From the IMG/VR virus record IMGVR_UViG_3300028370_000001, positions 1 to 57,902 of that record: a stretch of 57,902 nucleotides of DNA; one strand, written 5' to 3'. A model generated the notes under the pieces. The model saw nothing but the letters and a program-made list of their open reading frames with translations, searched no databases and was not told where the DNA came from. This DNA is from a virus. Its lineage: Duplodnaviria > Caudoviricetes. Of the stretch, positions 8,230-17,834 are shown piece by piece. The position numbers were made by a program, and so were the translations under genes. Position 1 is the stretch's first letter. The number at the start of each line of letters is the position of its first letter.

Positions 8230-10764
8230 TTACTTCTTGTTTGTTCGTTTACTTACAAGACCACCTTTGTTACGTCCTTGTGGCCGTGCCCGTGGTCTTG
8301 CTGATGTGGTCGGGGCGTTAGCTGTAACTCCTGCTGCATCTGCTGCCCTATTGTTTCTGGCTATACGGTCGTTTCGCTGACCAGCGTCCTCACTGCTGCT
8401 CCCCATATCAAATTGAACTGTGTCCCCTTGAGAAGGTCTTCCACTGTCACCACCAGCCTTAACGTCGTAAACAGGATTAGACCTAGAAAAGGTTCCTACT
8501 CCTTGGCTGTTGGTGTAAGGAGCTGTCCTTTGACCCGTAGTTCGCCTTGCGTTTACGTTGAGTGACTCCATATAATTCTCGAAGATACCCTCGCCGTCAG
8601 ATATGTCTTTTGAAAGCCTACCCGCAAGACCGAAGTTTCCTCGTGCTTCGTCAGCCATAGCCATCAAACGATCAGAAGACTCTTGGTCACCAATCTGTGA
8701 GTAGTACCGAGCAGCAGCACTCACTTCAGCAATGTCACGCATCCCTACAGCTGCCCTAGCAGCCCCACCTAGGAGACCACCTACTGCCGTTATACCTCGG
8801 TTAGCAAATCTGTCCTTTAGTTTGTCTTCAGCCCATGTCGAAACAGACTCAGTGTCTGTAAAGTCTAGGGTACCAAGGGGATTACCAAAGGCACCCGGCC
8901 CTTCTCCTGAACCAGCACTGATTCCTCTAGTACCCCTAGCATCTCCAGGAGTATTTCTTTCACGACTGCTACCGGTGTTACTAACTGCATTTTGAACTAC
9001 TAAAGGTGTCTCAGAGAAACCAGCTGGGATAGCCTGAGCAGGCTCACCGTTTATAAAGAGAATCATCTGACTAGTTCCACCGGGACCAAAGTATTCCTTG
9101 TAGGTGTAAGCAGAAGAACGCATAAGCTGATCCGCTAGACCAGGAGTATTCCAAGAGGCAGGGTTAAACGTCGGTTGGTTTACAAGACCACCCTCAGCCA
9201 TCATAGGGAGTTCCTCTGTTACGAGGGGTCCTTGTGTCTCCATGGTGTCATCTACAGGTTCACCCCCTACACGCCCATCTTGCTCCATGTCCAGCATACC
9301 CTGCTTAGCCTTAGTACGAAGCTTCTCAAAGAAGTTCACCCCAAAGAACTTTAGGACATCAGCAGGAATAACATACTCACCTTCAGACAACATCGCAGGG
9401 ATATCATCTCTTACATTCTCAGGTGTAGAGCCAGGGGGTACTTCGTTTCCACTAACAGGGTCACGTTCTACAGGACCACCTGCAGCCATAGTCTTAGGGT
9501 TTTTACTATAGTCCACTTTAATTCCTTTAGGTGTTGTGTTGACCTCTGCTAGCTTCTCAGTACCGGAGATGTCTACACTGTTATCCTCTGCAAACTGTCT
9601 CTCAAACTCGAGCGTACTCATCTTGTGCTTACCCACAAACTCTACCTCAGTCATCTTACCAGCAGAAGCTAAGAAGTAATCACTCATAGCATTCTTAGAG
9701 ACTAGACCTCCTTCTGCGTAGCCTTCAGGGCTAGACACAAGACCTCCGTTAGAAAAAGATATGTCTGGTGAAGCAGAGCTGTAAGTCCCAGCAGGACCTT
9801 GCATAGTAGACTTAATTGTGTCAGGATTAAAAATAACCACTTCGTTAATACCTTTTGATGGGGAGAAGGATTGTATCCCTTGAAAACCCTCTTCTTCAAG
9901 AATCGGTCTTAGGACGTTTTGTCCCCACCCCGTGTTTTTCCCTTGGCTATCTTTGAACAGGTCACTTACACTTACGTTTCGACCTTCTTCTAAACTTTCT
10001 AGTACCTCTGTTAAGTGAGGAGTCATGCTCTCTGTAGGAACCTCACTAAGGGATGACATAACTTTGCTTCGCACAACGTCGTCTAACAGTGCCTCATCTG
10101 TGAAAACCTCAGCTACATTTGTGTATACAGGAAACACTTGGCCGCCCATCTTCGCATCCGAAGGGTCAGTAAACCCTCTGTTTAAACTCATAGCATAATC
10201 AGAGGCATCTTTAGAGGAGTCTGTAAGGTACACCCCAGCTCCATAGTCTCCTGTGCTAGAAGGAGAAAGGTTAACTCCTTCAAAGTTTCTGGTGTCTCCT
10301 CTTAGAGTACCAGACATACCATGGTACAAAGGTGTCTGTTCATCTCCTATTTTAAAAAAAGAACCCTCCCCCCACGCTTCTAGTCCACTCGTTTCTGGGC
10401 GAATACGGATGTTACCTCCGAGAGAACCTAGGGCATTAGGGTCTACCTCTACACGTTTAAATCTCTCTACTGCTTCCCGTGCTCCTTTACTAATAAGTTT
10501 AGAAGCTGCATCACCCACTCCAGGAATAAGACCCACGACAGTAGCTCCGCCTAAAGCCCCAACAAGCCACCAGTTTGGGTCTTCTTTTTGTGTCTCTTCG
10601 TAGACCTCTTTTGCAGCCATAGCGTCACCGAGGATAGGTGTCATCTCAGCAATAAATTTAGCAGCCCCCTTTAGGGTGGGGCCACTGGTGTTTGGTCCCT
10701 GCTCTACCCGTCCTCTGTTTCTGTTTTGGATTCTAGGGCTAACCAAGTTTTTATCTTCATCCAT
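8230..10764 (-). CDS. Multidomain (polyvalent-like) virion protein with putative ADP-ribosyltransferase-like domain
   Basis: LYHG..GAGVYLT..GQVFPVY..EVVIFNPDTIKS; DDIPAMLSEGEYV; five xxxGG(L/P)V motifs. Confidence 0.55.
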   Translation of the reverse strand: MDEDKNLVSPRIQNRNRGRVEQGPNTSGPTLKGAAKFIAEMTPILGDAMAAKEVYEETQKEDPNWWLVGALGGATVVGLIPGVGDAASKLISKGAREAVERFKRVEVDPNALGSLGGNIRIRPETSGLEAWGEGSFFKIGDEQTPLYHGMSGTLRGDTRNFEGVNLSPSSTGDYGAGVYLTDSSKDASDYAMSLNRGFTDPSDAKMGGQVFPVYTNVAEVFTDEALLDDVVRSKVMSSLSEVPTESMTPHLTEVLESLEEGRNVSVSDLFKDSQGKNTGWGQNVLRPILEEEGFQGIQSFSPSKGINEVVIFNPDTIKSTMQGPAGTYSSASPDISFSNGGLVSSPEGYAEGGLVSKNAMSDYFLASAGKMTEVEFVGKHKMSTLEFERQFAEDNSVDISGTEKLAEVNTTPKGIKVDYSKNPKTMAAGGPVERDPVSGNEVPPGSTPENVRDDIPAMLSEGEYVIPADVLKFFGVNFFEKLRTKAKQGMLDMEQDGRVGGEPVDDTMETQGPLVTEELPMMAEGGLVNQPTFNPASWNTPGLADQLMRSSAYTYKEYFGPGGTSQMILFINGEPAQAIPAGFSETPLVVQNAVSNTGSSRERNTPGDARGTRGISAGSGEGPGAFGNPLGTLDFTDTESVSTWAEDKLKDRFANRGITAVGGLLGGAARAAVGMRDIAEVSAAARYYSQIGDQESSDRLMAMADEARGNFGLAGRLSKDISDGEGIFENYMESLNVNARRTTGQRTAPYTNSQGVGTFSRSNPVYDVKAGGDSGRPSQGDTVQFDMGSSSEDAGQRNDRIARNNRAADAAGVTANAPTTSARPRARPQGRNKGGLVSKRTNKK

Positions 10765-10945
10765 TGACTTGCTCCCTTAGTTGCTTCAACCTACGTAAGG
10801 CATCTATCGCCCCTTGTGCCCTGTAGACATCCTCAATAAGAGTAGACTTTTCCAACTTACTTTGAGTCTGTCTAATACGGGAATCAAGCTCTCTTAGAAA
10901 ATCATCATACAGTAACTTGTCGTTAACAAAAGGTTTTAGGTTCAT
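10757..10945 (-). CDS. Small protein after portal
   Basis: 62 aa, YRAQGAIDALRRL; overlaps both neighbours' start/stop. Confidence 0.65.
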   Translation of the reverse strand: MNLKPFVNDKLLYDDFLRELDSRIRQTQSKLEKSTLIEDVYRAQGAIDALRRLKQLREQVNG

Positions 10946-13032
10946 TGTTCAGCACCCTCCCCTGTGTTGCCTGAGAACCCAGGGGTACCTGGGGCTGGCA
11001 CAGCGCCTGTACCAACGTTACCCCCACCAGCTCCGGTAGGGTCCATAGGGGCAGACCCCTCAGGGCCACCAGGACCCCCTTGTGGAGCCTGTGGTGCTGC
11101 TTGTGGGTTGGCTGCTTGGAACGTCTTAAGCATCTCAGCCTGTACAGCCGCACGTTGCATAGAGTTTGTTACTTTATCAGGATCAAGATCGAGAGACTTA
11201 GCAATCTCACGGATGATGTAATCCAACTTAGCAAAAGGTGCAAGCACAGGGTTCTGTACAAGACCAAGCAACTGCATCAAACGCTGGCTACGTACTTCGT
11301 TAGCCATGAGTGAAGAAGTACCAGCAGCTTTAACCTCAAGATCACCCTGAATCTCTGGGTCAAAGTCAAACTGCATGTTGAAGGAGAAGAGAGCTTTACC
11401 GAGAGGACCAAGCAGGTAGTCGTCGAAGTTCTGGACCACGGTACGGATACCGCCGTTAGCAGCAGACATCAACATAGAGATACCTGAGGCTGTACGACCA
11501 ACACCAGAAATACCCGTCTGCCCGTGAGCAAACGAAGGGAAGCCAGTAGACTCATCAGAGAGCTGACGGGCTTTATCGAACATTTGCATGTTCTCGTTAG
11601 ATACGTTAGGGAACTTGGTCCCAAAGATAGCCTGCCCTGGGGCACCAGCCTGACGCCTAAACACTTTACCAGGGTACACCTTTAGGTCTTGACCTGGTGT
11701 CAAAGCAGACTCGTCTATCTCAATAAGCAGGTTGCCTGAGAGAGCAGCATTGTCCACAGCCATACGCATGAAGCCGTTCATCAATGTCTGAGTGTCGTCC
11801 ATGTTTTCTGCAAGACCTACACCCCAAAGGCTGTAAGGGTTCATCTCGTAAGGGACAGCGTAGTAGGGGATGATCGCAGGAGTAAACGGGTTAACGACAA
11901 GACGAAGGACACGTCCATGACATACCCAGATGTTTACGTTAACTTCGTCTACATCGTCAAGGTTGTCAGGGATATCTACATCGTGGTCTTCTAGGATTTC
12001 ACGATCAATGTTACCCCAGAACTCTAAGACTTCGTAACGTTCAGTACGGGAGTCTTGAGCGTCGTCGTCCATGACCTGCTCCCAGTCTTCCTTGATATAG
12101 TTGGGACCCCACTCTAGTGCAAGAGCAATCTCTTCTTTACGAAAGTAAGGACGTTTGTTCAGACCACGTAGCTTAGGGCCTGACATCTTATGACGTTCAA
12201 CGAACCATTCAGCTTCATCCATGTTTGCGGCGTCTGGGTCAGGGTAGCCGTTCCAGATGGATACGTGGGAGACCTTAGGGACAGTCTTGATCAGAGGCTT
12301 GTAGTTGCCCTCCTCATCCCACTTAGGATACTCTTTGTTCTCTGTAAACGGACCCTTCATCAAACCTGTACCAAAGAGGGCACACTCGAAAGCAGCAGCC
12401 CGCAGGTGCTTCTTAGCACGAGACTCCTCTAGTTGGTCGTGAATTTTCTTCTCCATCTTCTTAGCTGCAATCTCTGCAGGATGAAATGTAACCTGAGTAG
12501 GAGATGTACCTGGGCCAGCTTTGAGTTTGTCCTTAATAGGATCAAGCTCGTCACTCATACTACCTAGGCGACGTAGGAAGTCATCGGTGGTCTCACCAGG
12601 ATTTACCTTAGGGTACTCAAACTCTTTCTCAGCTGTGGCCACCTCATCGTTAGTCTCAAGGTGGACTGTGTCCTCTACTCCATCAGGAAGAGTAGTAGGG
12701 TCAATGGTCAAAGGGAACCTAGCGGAGCCAAGCAAGACATCAGTAATCTGACCATAGGCTGCTGTCACCTTGGTCTTAGTTACTTTAACGAATACCTTAG
12801 ACTTCTCTGTTTCTAAGAACTGTACTTCAGGGCCGTAGAGGCCACGATAGTTCCTGTAAGCCCTGAGCCAACGGTGCTCCTCGGTTTCACGAGCAGTAGA
12901 AGCTTTGCTAAACCGTTCTTGTACGTAGAGAGCAATAGTGCCTGAAGGGTTATCTGTCTCGTCTTCTTCTTCACGGTCATCCAGGGCAGTCATGTCTTCC
13001 TGATCCATGTTGTTCTCGAAGTCGTCTTCCAT
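10942..13032 (-). CDS. Portal protein
   Basis: 696 aa after terminase; TASGISML-type motif, Pro/Gly-rich tail. Confidence 0.85.
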   Translation of the reverse strand: MEDDFENNMDQEDMTALDDREEEDETDNPSGTIALYVQERFSKASTARETEEHRWLRAYRNYRGLYGPEVQFLETEKSKVFVKVTKTKVTAAYGQITDVLLGSARFPLTIDPTTLPDGVEDTVHLETNDEVATAEKEFEYPKVNPGETTDDFLRRLGSMSDELDPIKDKLKAGPGTSPTQVTFHPAEIAAKKMEKKIHDQLEESRAKKHLRAAAFECALFGTGLMKGPFTENKEYPKWDEEGNYKPLIKTVPKVSHVSIWNGYPDPDAANMDEAEWFVERHKMSGPKLRGLNKRPYFRKEEIALALEWGPNYIKEDWEQVMDDDAQDSRTERYEVLEFWGNIDREILEDHDVDIPDNLDDVDEVNVNIWVCHGRVLRLVVNPFTPAIIPYYAVPYEMNPYSLWGVGLAENMDDTQTLMNGFMRMAVDNAALSGNLLIEIDESALTPGQDLKVYPGKVFRRQAGAPGQAIFGTKFPNVSNENMQMFDKARQLSDESTGFPSFAHGQTGISGVGRTASGISMLMSAANGGIRTVVQNFDDYLLGPLGKALFSFNMQFDFDPEIQGDLEVKAAGTSSLMANEVRSQRLMQLLGLVQNPVLAPFAKLDYIIREIAKSLDLDPDKVTNSMQRAAVQAEMLKTFQAANPQAAPQAPQGGPGGPEGSAPMDPTGAGGGNVGTGAVPAPGTPGFSGNTGEGAEQ

Positions 13033-13041
13033 GTGTATTCC

Positions 13042-13575
13042 TTAATAACCTGAGTCGTAAGAGTTGTTCTTCGACAAGTTGTCTGTGGCTTTAATGATGT
13101 GTAGGTTATCTGCTACGTGCAGGCCTGAGACGTTAGTACCCTGAAGTGGAATCCTGTGGTCAACGTGGTATGCCTCACCCTTGAGCCTACTTATAGCTGA
13201 GCAAAGCTTGTAAATTAACTTTATCTTCGTATGGTCAGCCCAGGTGGGTGTTCGTTGGAGTACCGCTGCTCTTCGCTTAGCTACTCTTGCAGCTCCACTA
13301 CCACCCCTGTCCCGTAACCTTGCTGTCTCGTTAACTCGCTCTCTGTTGTCTTTCTTCCACGTGCTGTTTTGTGCTCGTTCCATGTACTTTTCTTTATTAT
13401 CTTGGTAGTGCTTTACACCTGCTTTGGACTTACGTTCTTTGTTACCTCTGTTCCACTCTGTTGATCTAGTCCTTGAACAAGGTTTGCAAGTATAAGCTTT
13501 ACCAAGGGGAAAACTCTTTACATTGTAAAAGCAATCAAGACTCTTTTCCTCTTTACATCGATTGCATATCCTCAT
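13042..13575 (-). CDS. HNH homing endonuclease
   Basis: CxxC..CxxC N-terminus; HVDHRIPLQG..SGLHVADNL..N. Confidence 0.85.
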   Translation of the reverse strand: MRICNRCKEEKSLDCFYNVKSFPLGKAYTCKPCSRTRSTEWNRGNKERKSKAGVKHYQDNKEKYMERAQNSTWKKDNRERVNETARLRDRGGSGAARVAKRRAAVLQRTPTWADHTKIKLIYKLCSAISRLKGEAYHVDHRIPLQGTNVSGLHVADNLHIIKATDNLSKNNSYDSGY

Positions 13576-13576
13576 G

Positions 13577-15172
13577 TCAGTATCCCATAACGCTGTCTGA
13601 TGGTGTGTATGGCTCTTGAATAGGTGAGTCTAAGTAGCCGCTCTGAGGTCTCGTCATAACACCGTAGCGGAAGGCGTCGTAGAGGTGGTCTTCTGAGTTA
13701 GTATCTACGTCCTCTGAGTTTCGTTTGTCGAGAGGTATGAGAGGGAGCTGCTCGATAGTTTTCTTACAGCTGCTAAAGAAGACTACTCTTGGTTCCTCTG
13801 TGTCTGGGTCTACTTGAAGTCTGCGGTGTATCTCGTTCTTACCGGAAACCCTAGAGCCTGCACTCCTGTCTGCTGGTCTCCAACGGCAACCCTTAACAAT
13901 CATTCTCTCAGCGATACTAGGACCAGTGTCTCCTCGTTTGTGCCAAAGGGATGAGTCGAGAACACCGTAGCGTATCTTCTCTCCTCTCTCTAGCTCAAGG
14001 ACCATGTCGGCTAAGTCCTCAGCAAGGACCTTACTAGCGTACAGTTCACGGTAGACTATAAGCTTTTCATCGAGTGGGTCTACAGCAAACCAAAGAATCC
14101 CTGTGTAAGATGAATACCCGTAATCTGCAGCGCGGAACTTAGTCCAGTTGTCTGGTATAGAGTAAGGCTCCACAACGTGTATCTTGCGGTTGAACTCAGG
14201 GAAAGCAGCACCTTCAGCAATGTCCCAGTCTCCTTCTAAAAGTTGTCGCCGTAGATGCTCCGGCATAGACAGTAGGTTAGCTTCGTACATACCATCGTCT
14301 GCGAGGTATGGGTTGTCAAACAAGGTGGCAGGAATAAACCTGCGCTTTAGCATTGGTGTTCCTACTAGGTCGTTTGCAACAGCGTAAGTAGACGTGCTAG
14401 GCCATACTAGTGTGTCACCAGTTTCATGGTCAGCAGCCCAGAATGCTTCGTTATACGGTGCTGGGTCGATAAACATCTTCTTAACCCAAGCGTGACCTGA
14501 GCCACCAGGGTTAGAAGTAGCTCGTTGTATTAACGGCAGGTTAGAACCTTTAGCTGTACGGAGACGAGTACGCATATAGTTCCAAGCGTAGGGTGTAGGC
14601 CACTGTGTTAGCTCGTCAAAGCCAATCCAGTTGAAGGCCTGCCCTTGGTAACGCTGTACGTCGTCGTCTTTGTCTAGATAGGACATCCATAGTGTTGCAC
14701 CACTAGGCATGATCCAGGTTTTTTCCCTCTCAAGGAACTTTGCACCAGGAACAGCCTTAGGGTAGAGGTCTTTGGAGACGGAGATCAGTTCTCTTAGCTC
14801 TTCTGTAGAGCGACGAACCAGAAGCATGTTAGCTTTAGGGTTATTGAAGTAACGAACAGGGTCAGCCACCATCGCGTAGCTCTTACCACCTCCAGCTGCC
14901 CCACCGTAGAGCACTTCTTGTTCTGATGACGCTAGGAAGTCCTCTTGTGGTCCAGGGTTAGCCTCAAATATTACTGAGGTAGCCTTCTTAACGTCTACAT
15001 CAGGGGCTTTAACTCTAGCAGGGACCTTAATCGGTTGAGCAGGTACTGTTGCCTGCGGTTTCTCTTCGACCGAGGCTTCTTTCTTCGATGTGTTGGGCTT
15101 TTTCACACGCTTCTTTGTAGCATCGGGCGAGGTAGCGGTAGTTTGCAGATTCTTTCGTACGTTGTTGCTCAC
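13577..15172 (-). CDS. terL: Terminase large subunit (start uncertain)
   Basis: Walker A YGGAAGGGKS, Walker B IGFDE, ATSNPGG, nuclease DYGY..EDHLYDAFRY. Confidence 0.93.
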   Translation of the reverse strand: MSNNVRKNLQTTATSPDATKKRVKKPNTSKKEASVEEKPQATVPAQPIKVPARVKAPDVDVKKATSVIFEANPGPQEDFLASSEQEVLYGGAAGGGKSYAMVADPVRYFNNPKANMLLVRRSTEELRELISVSKDLYPKAVPGAKFLEREKTWIMPSGATLWMSYLDKDDDVQRYQGQAFNWIGFDELTQWPTPYAWNYMRTRLRTAKGSNLPLIQRATSNPGGSGHAWVKKMFIDPAPYNEAFWAADHETGDTLVWPSTSTYAVANDLVGTPMLKRRFIPATLFDNPYLADDGMYEANLLSMPEHLRRQLLEGDWDIAEGAAFPEFNRKIHVVEPYSIPDNWTKFRAADYGYSSYTGILWFAVDPLDEKLIVYRELYASKVLAEDLADMVLELERGEKIRYGVLDSSLWHKRGDTGPSIAERMIVKGCRWRPADRSAGSRVSGKNEIHRRLQVDPDTEEPRVVFFSSCKKTIEQLPLIPLDKRNSEDVDTNSEDHLYDAFRYGVMTRPQSGYLDSPIQEPYTPSDSVMGY

Positions 15173-15452
15173 TTTTTACCCTTGTCATAAGTCCTGAGTG
15201 AGAGATGTAGCGCCCACTGTTTGTGCTTAACCAGTTAGCTACGTCACGGTAGCTGTACTGTTTTAAGAAACCTTTAGCTTTCTCCATTAAAAGAAGTTCT
15301 TCTTCAATAGGCAAGAGGATATCTTTATCTTCTGGGTCTTGCTCGTATCCAAAGGGTACCACTCTCCCTATCCGTACCACGGGTAGAAACCTGTAGCCGT
15401 CTGGACCTAGAGAAGGCTTAGGTAACTTAAACTCTGTTGTTATTTTAGCCAT
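15027..15452 (-). CDS. Putative DNA-binding protein (recombinase C-terminal-like HTH)
   Basis: VPFGY..SYRDVANWL..ISHSGL; RBS AAGGAGG. Confidence 0.6.
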   Translation of the reverse strand: MAKITTEFKLPKPSLGPDGYRFLPVVRIGRVVPFGYEQDPEDKDILLPIEEELLLMEKAKGFLKQYSYRDVANWLSTNSGRYISHSGLMTRVKSEQQRTKESANYRYLARCYKEACEKAQHIEERSLGRRETAGNSTCSTD

Positions 15453-15473
15453 CTACGCCTCCTTTGTCAAGCA

Positions 15474-15830
15474 TTAAATCTTAGGTGGCAGGATAAAGAT
15501 AGGAGACTCAGCCTTAATCTCTACTTTGTCAGCACCCTTGTGACCAGCACGGTCAAGGAAGTCTTTAGCAGCCGCCATCTTCTCTTTGTTACCAAGATCA
15601 GTAGGAGACTCCATCACAGACTTCATAGCCCAAGCAGCCTGAACCCCAGTGGAGACAAGAAACTTCTTAGTAAGTTCTGCAATTTCATTCTCTAGTGCGT
15701 TAACTACAGTGGAGGAGGATACCTTGTCAGCGTAACCTGCTAGTTGTTTAGCTTTAACAAAGCTACCCTCGGCTTCCTCAAAGAGGACATCAAGGAAAGT
15801 CTGTTGCATCTCTGTTAGTTCTCGTGCCAT
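15474..15830 (-). CDS. Putative terminase small subunit
   Basis: LTEMQQTFL..AKQLAGY N-terminal HTH; AAKDFLDRAG. Confidence 0.6.
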   Translation of the reverse strand: MARELTEMQQTFLDVLFEEAEGSFVKAKQLAGYADKVSSSTVVNALENEIAELTKKFLVSTGVQAAWAMKSVMESPTDLGNKEKMAAAKDFLDRAGHKGADKVEIKAESPIFILPPKI

Positions 15831-15831
15831 A

Positions 15832-16086
15832 CTATTTCCTTTTCTTAGCAGTCTTAGCTGCGATCTTCTTAGGCTGCGCAACGTGTTGCTTACCCGCCTT
15901 GGTGCCCTTACGCTTAGCTGCGGAGGTAGCTGCGTACTCTTTGTCTGTGAGAGCAGCTCTGGCTTTCTTAGGTAGGTACCGTTCTCCTGTGGCCTTCTTA
16001 CCCTGGGTAGAGTTCTTACCGCTCTTGGTGCCCCAGTCCTCCTTAGTCCACTTGGTGAGGTCCTTCTGGCTCCTTGCTTTTACCAT
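15832..16086 (-). CDS. Small basic protein
   Basis: 84 aa, very Lys-rich, coupled stop/start. Confidence 0.65.
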   Translation of the reverse strand: MVKARSQKDLTKWTKEDWGTKSGKNSTQGKKATGERYLPKKARAALTDKEYAATSAAKRKGTKAGKQHVAQPKKIAAKTAKKRK

Positions 16087-16265
16087 TACTTGTAGCTCCC
16101 ACCCTTAGCCTTATACTGCTTAGCAACCATCTGTGCTTTACGGGCGGACCACTGCCCAGCGTTACCGCCTTTAGAACCTGCCTTGATAGAAGCGACAAGG
16201 TTCTTGCGCATCGTAGGTTTGGTGTAGTTACCTGCGGCGTTAACCGTGCTCTTCTTCTTAGCCAT
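16086..16265 (-). CDS. Small basic protein (59 aa, not in ORF track)
   Basis: MAKKKSTVNAAGNYTKPTMRK..GQWSARKAQMVAKQYKAKGGSYK; TAATG coupling. Confidence 0.7.
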   Translation of the reverse strand: MAKKKSTVNAAGNYTKPTMRKNLVASIKAGSKGGNAGQWSARKAQMVAKQYKAKGGSYK

Positions 16266-16268
16266 TAT

Positions 16269-16367
16269 TTACCGACCCATACTATTTGCAAGTAAGACGA
16301 GGAACACTGCGCCTAACACGAGGGCTACTGCTACTACAGTCCCTACTACTGTGAGAAACGTACCCAT
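16269..16367 (-). CDS. 32-aa single-TM peptide
   Basis: MGTFLTVVGTVVAVALVLGAVFLVLLANSMGR; TAATG coupling. Confidence 0.5.
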   Translation of the reverse strand: MGTFLTVVGTVVAVALVLGAVFLVLLANSMGR

Positions 16368-16510
16368 TATTTCTTCCCCTTCTTGGCTGGAGCTTTACCC
16401 ATCTTCTTAGTAGCACCCTTAGCGCAGCCGCTAGTCATACCACCTTTAGCCATACCCTTAGGTTTGGCTTTAGCTTCCTTGTCCATCATTTCTTTCATCT
16501 TCTTGTTCAT
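16367..16510 (-). CDS. 47-aa Lys-rich peptide with MAKGGM motif
   Basis: MNKKMKEMMDKEAKAKPKGMAKGGMT..; RBS AAGGA. Confidence 0.6.
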   Translation of the reverse strand: MNKKMKEMMDKEAKAKPKGMAKGGMTSGCAKGATKKMGKAPAKKGKK

Positions 16511-17082
16511 AGTTTGGTTCCTTTGTTTAAGTATGTGTAGGCTCTATTAATGTGTTCTTTAAACTCTTCAAAAGACATGTCACTCTTAGCTCGGTTACAG
16601 TACTTGCAACAAGGCACACAGTTGTCAGGTGAGTACCCTAGTGAGCTGTCTACGCGGTCAACACCGCTAAACTTAATTGTGTACTTACTCCAGTCTCGAC
16701 CAGGGGAATCTTTTTGTAAGCTATGTGCGTTTTCAAAGTAGTTTAACTCCTGCGGCTCTAACCCGCAGTACGTACAGTCTTGCTGGGTAAGATCGTTAAA
16801 CTCCTCGTAAGACAGTTCAAAGTTAAAACCCCTTTTTACCGCTCCGCTTTTGTAGGAGTGCAGTCTCGAGTTTAACATGCGGCGTTGTTCTTTGGTGTTG
16901 CCCTCTTTGTCTGTACCGCAGCCACAAGTGTTTTGATTTAAGATTGCAGGATATTTCCAGAAACGTCTTTCGTCACCACAAAGACACTCCACAATCCATG
17001 TTTTATTTTTCCCAACAAGCTCAGTCCGTGTAAGCTTAAAACTACCTACAGTCTCACCAGGAACGGCTTGGTTACTTTCCAT
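16507..17082 (-). CDS. HNH-family homing endonuclease
   Basis: CTYCG..GVDRVDSSLGYSPDNCVPCCKYCNRAK; ATG 17082 overlaps upstream stop. Confidence 0.75.
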   Translation of the reverse strand: MESNQAVPGETVGSFKLTRTELVGKNKTWIVECLCGDERRFWKYPAILNQNTCGCGTDKEGNTKEQRRMLNSRLHSYKSGAVKRGFNFELSYEEFNDLTQQDCTYCGLEPQELNYFENAHSLQKDSPGRDWSKYTIKFSGVDRVDSSLGYSPDNCVPCCKYCNRAKSDMSFEEFKEHINRAYTYLNKGTKL

Positions 17083-17354
17083 CAGCAGTCCCAAGCCTTC
17101 CGACTCCAGTAGTTAGCTGAGAGCTTACTAGACTTACCTTTGATACCACCAGAGCGGGCACAGTAACTCTTCTTACGATTTGGTTGGTCCTTCTTGATCG
17201 TCATCTTGGGGTCCCCAAAGCGAACAAGCTTAACTGTATCTCCTTCTTTAGCAAGTACTGCCATCTTCTTGTTAGCTCCTGGCGTCTTCTTTGGTTTGTT
17301 GTAACCGTCAAACTTAACACCCCCTCGGGTGAGCTTATCTGTTCCCTTAGCCAT
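17082..17354 (-). CDS. Small basic protein
   Basis: KLVRFGDP..RKKSYCARS..SANYWSRKAW. Confidence 0.7.
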   Translation of the reverse strand: MAKGTDKLTRGGVKFDGYNKPKKTPGANKKMAVLAKEGDTVKLVRFGDPKMTIKKDQPNRKKSYCARSGGIKGKSSKLSANYWSRKAWDC

Positions 17355-17746
17355 TACTTCTTGTTCCTTTTAAACAGTGACCTGACGTACCTGCTAACCT
17401 CCCCAGGAGAAGGGAGTAACCAGCCAAGGACCAGTAGCAGCAGGACCCAGGGTGGTATGTTCTGCACAGTGACGTTGTCTATTGCCCCAGCCTTAACACC
17501 CTTGTCAGCAGTCTGCGTTATGTCTCTGGCGTTTGGTCTGACTATCTGTTGTTCGTTGGAAGTCCTAAGGCCCACTGTTTGCTCGTTTTCCTGACCAAGC
17601 TGGGTGTTTGCTGCTACGTTAGGGCCACCCCCTGTTAAAAGACTAAGAGGGCTAAGGCTTGAACAACTTGTCAGAGTCATCAATCCGCTTAAGACCAAAG
17701 GCCACAGCAGCGTAAGTCGTAACAGGCCAGATGATAGTTTGAACAA
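17354..17746 (-). CDS. Putative unimolecular spanin
   Basis: Lipobox LTSC near N-terminus plus C-terminal TM (PWVLLLLVLGWLL); in lysis cassette; start uncertain. Confidence 0.6.
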   Translation of the reverse strand: MFKLSSGLLRLTLLWPLVLSGLMTLTSCSSLSPLSLLTGGGPNVAANTQLGQENEQTVGLRTSNEQQIVRPNARDITQTADKGVKAGAIDNVTVQNIPPWVLLLLVLGWLLPSPGEVSRYVRSLFKRNKK

Positions 17747-17834
17747 GGGGTACGTTCTCCATGTAAATTGACCAACATAAGACAGAAAGCAGAACGGCAG
17801 CTGACTCTCGGGACCATGTTTTATTGATGAACAT
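17652..17834 (-). CDS. Putative holin
   Basis: 60 aa, two hydrophobic segments, charged C-terminus. Confidence 0.45.
   Translation of the reverse strand: MFINKTWSRESAAVLLSVLCWSIYMENVPLVQTIIWPVTTYAAVAFGLKRIDDSDKLFKP

Noticed and set aside
15027-15172. Programmed frameshift fusing the 141-aa ORF to terminase
   Set aside because: A long overlap exists but no clear slippery site was seen; an uncertain start codon is the simpler explanation
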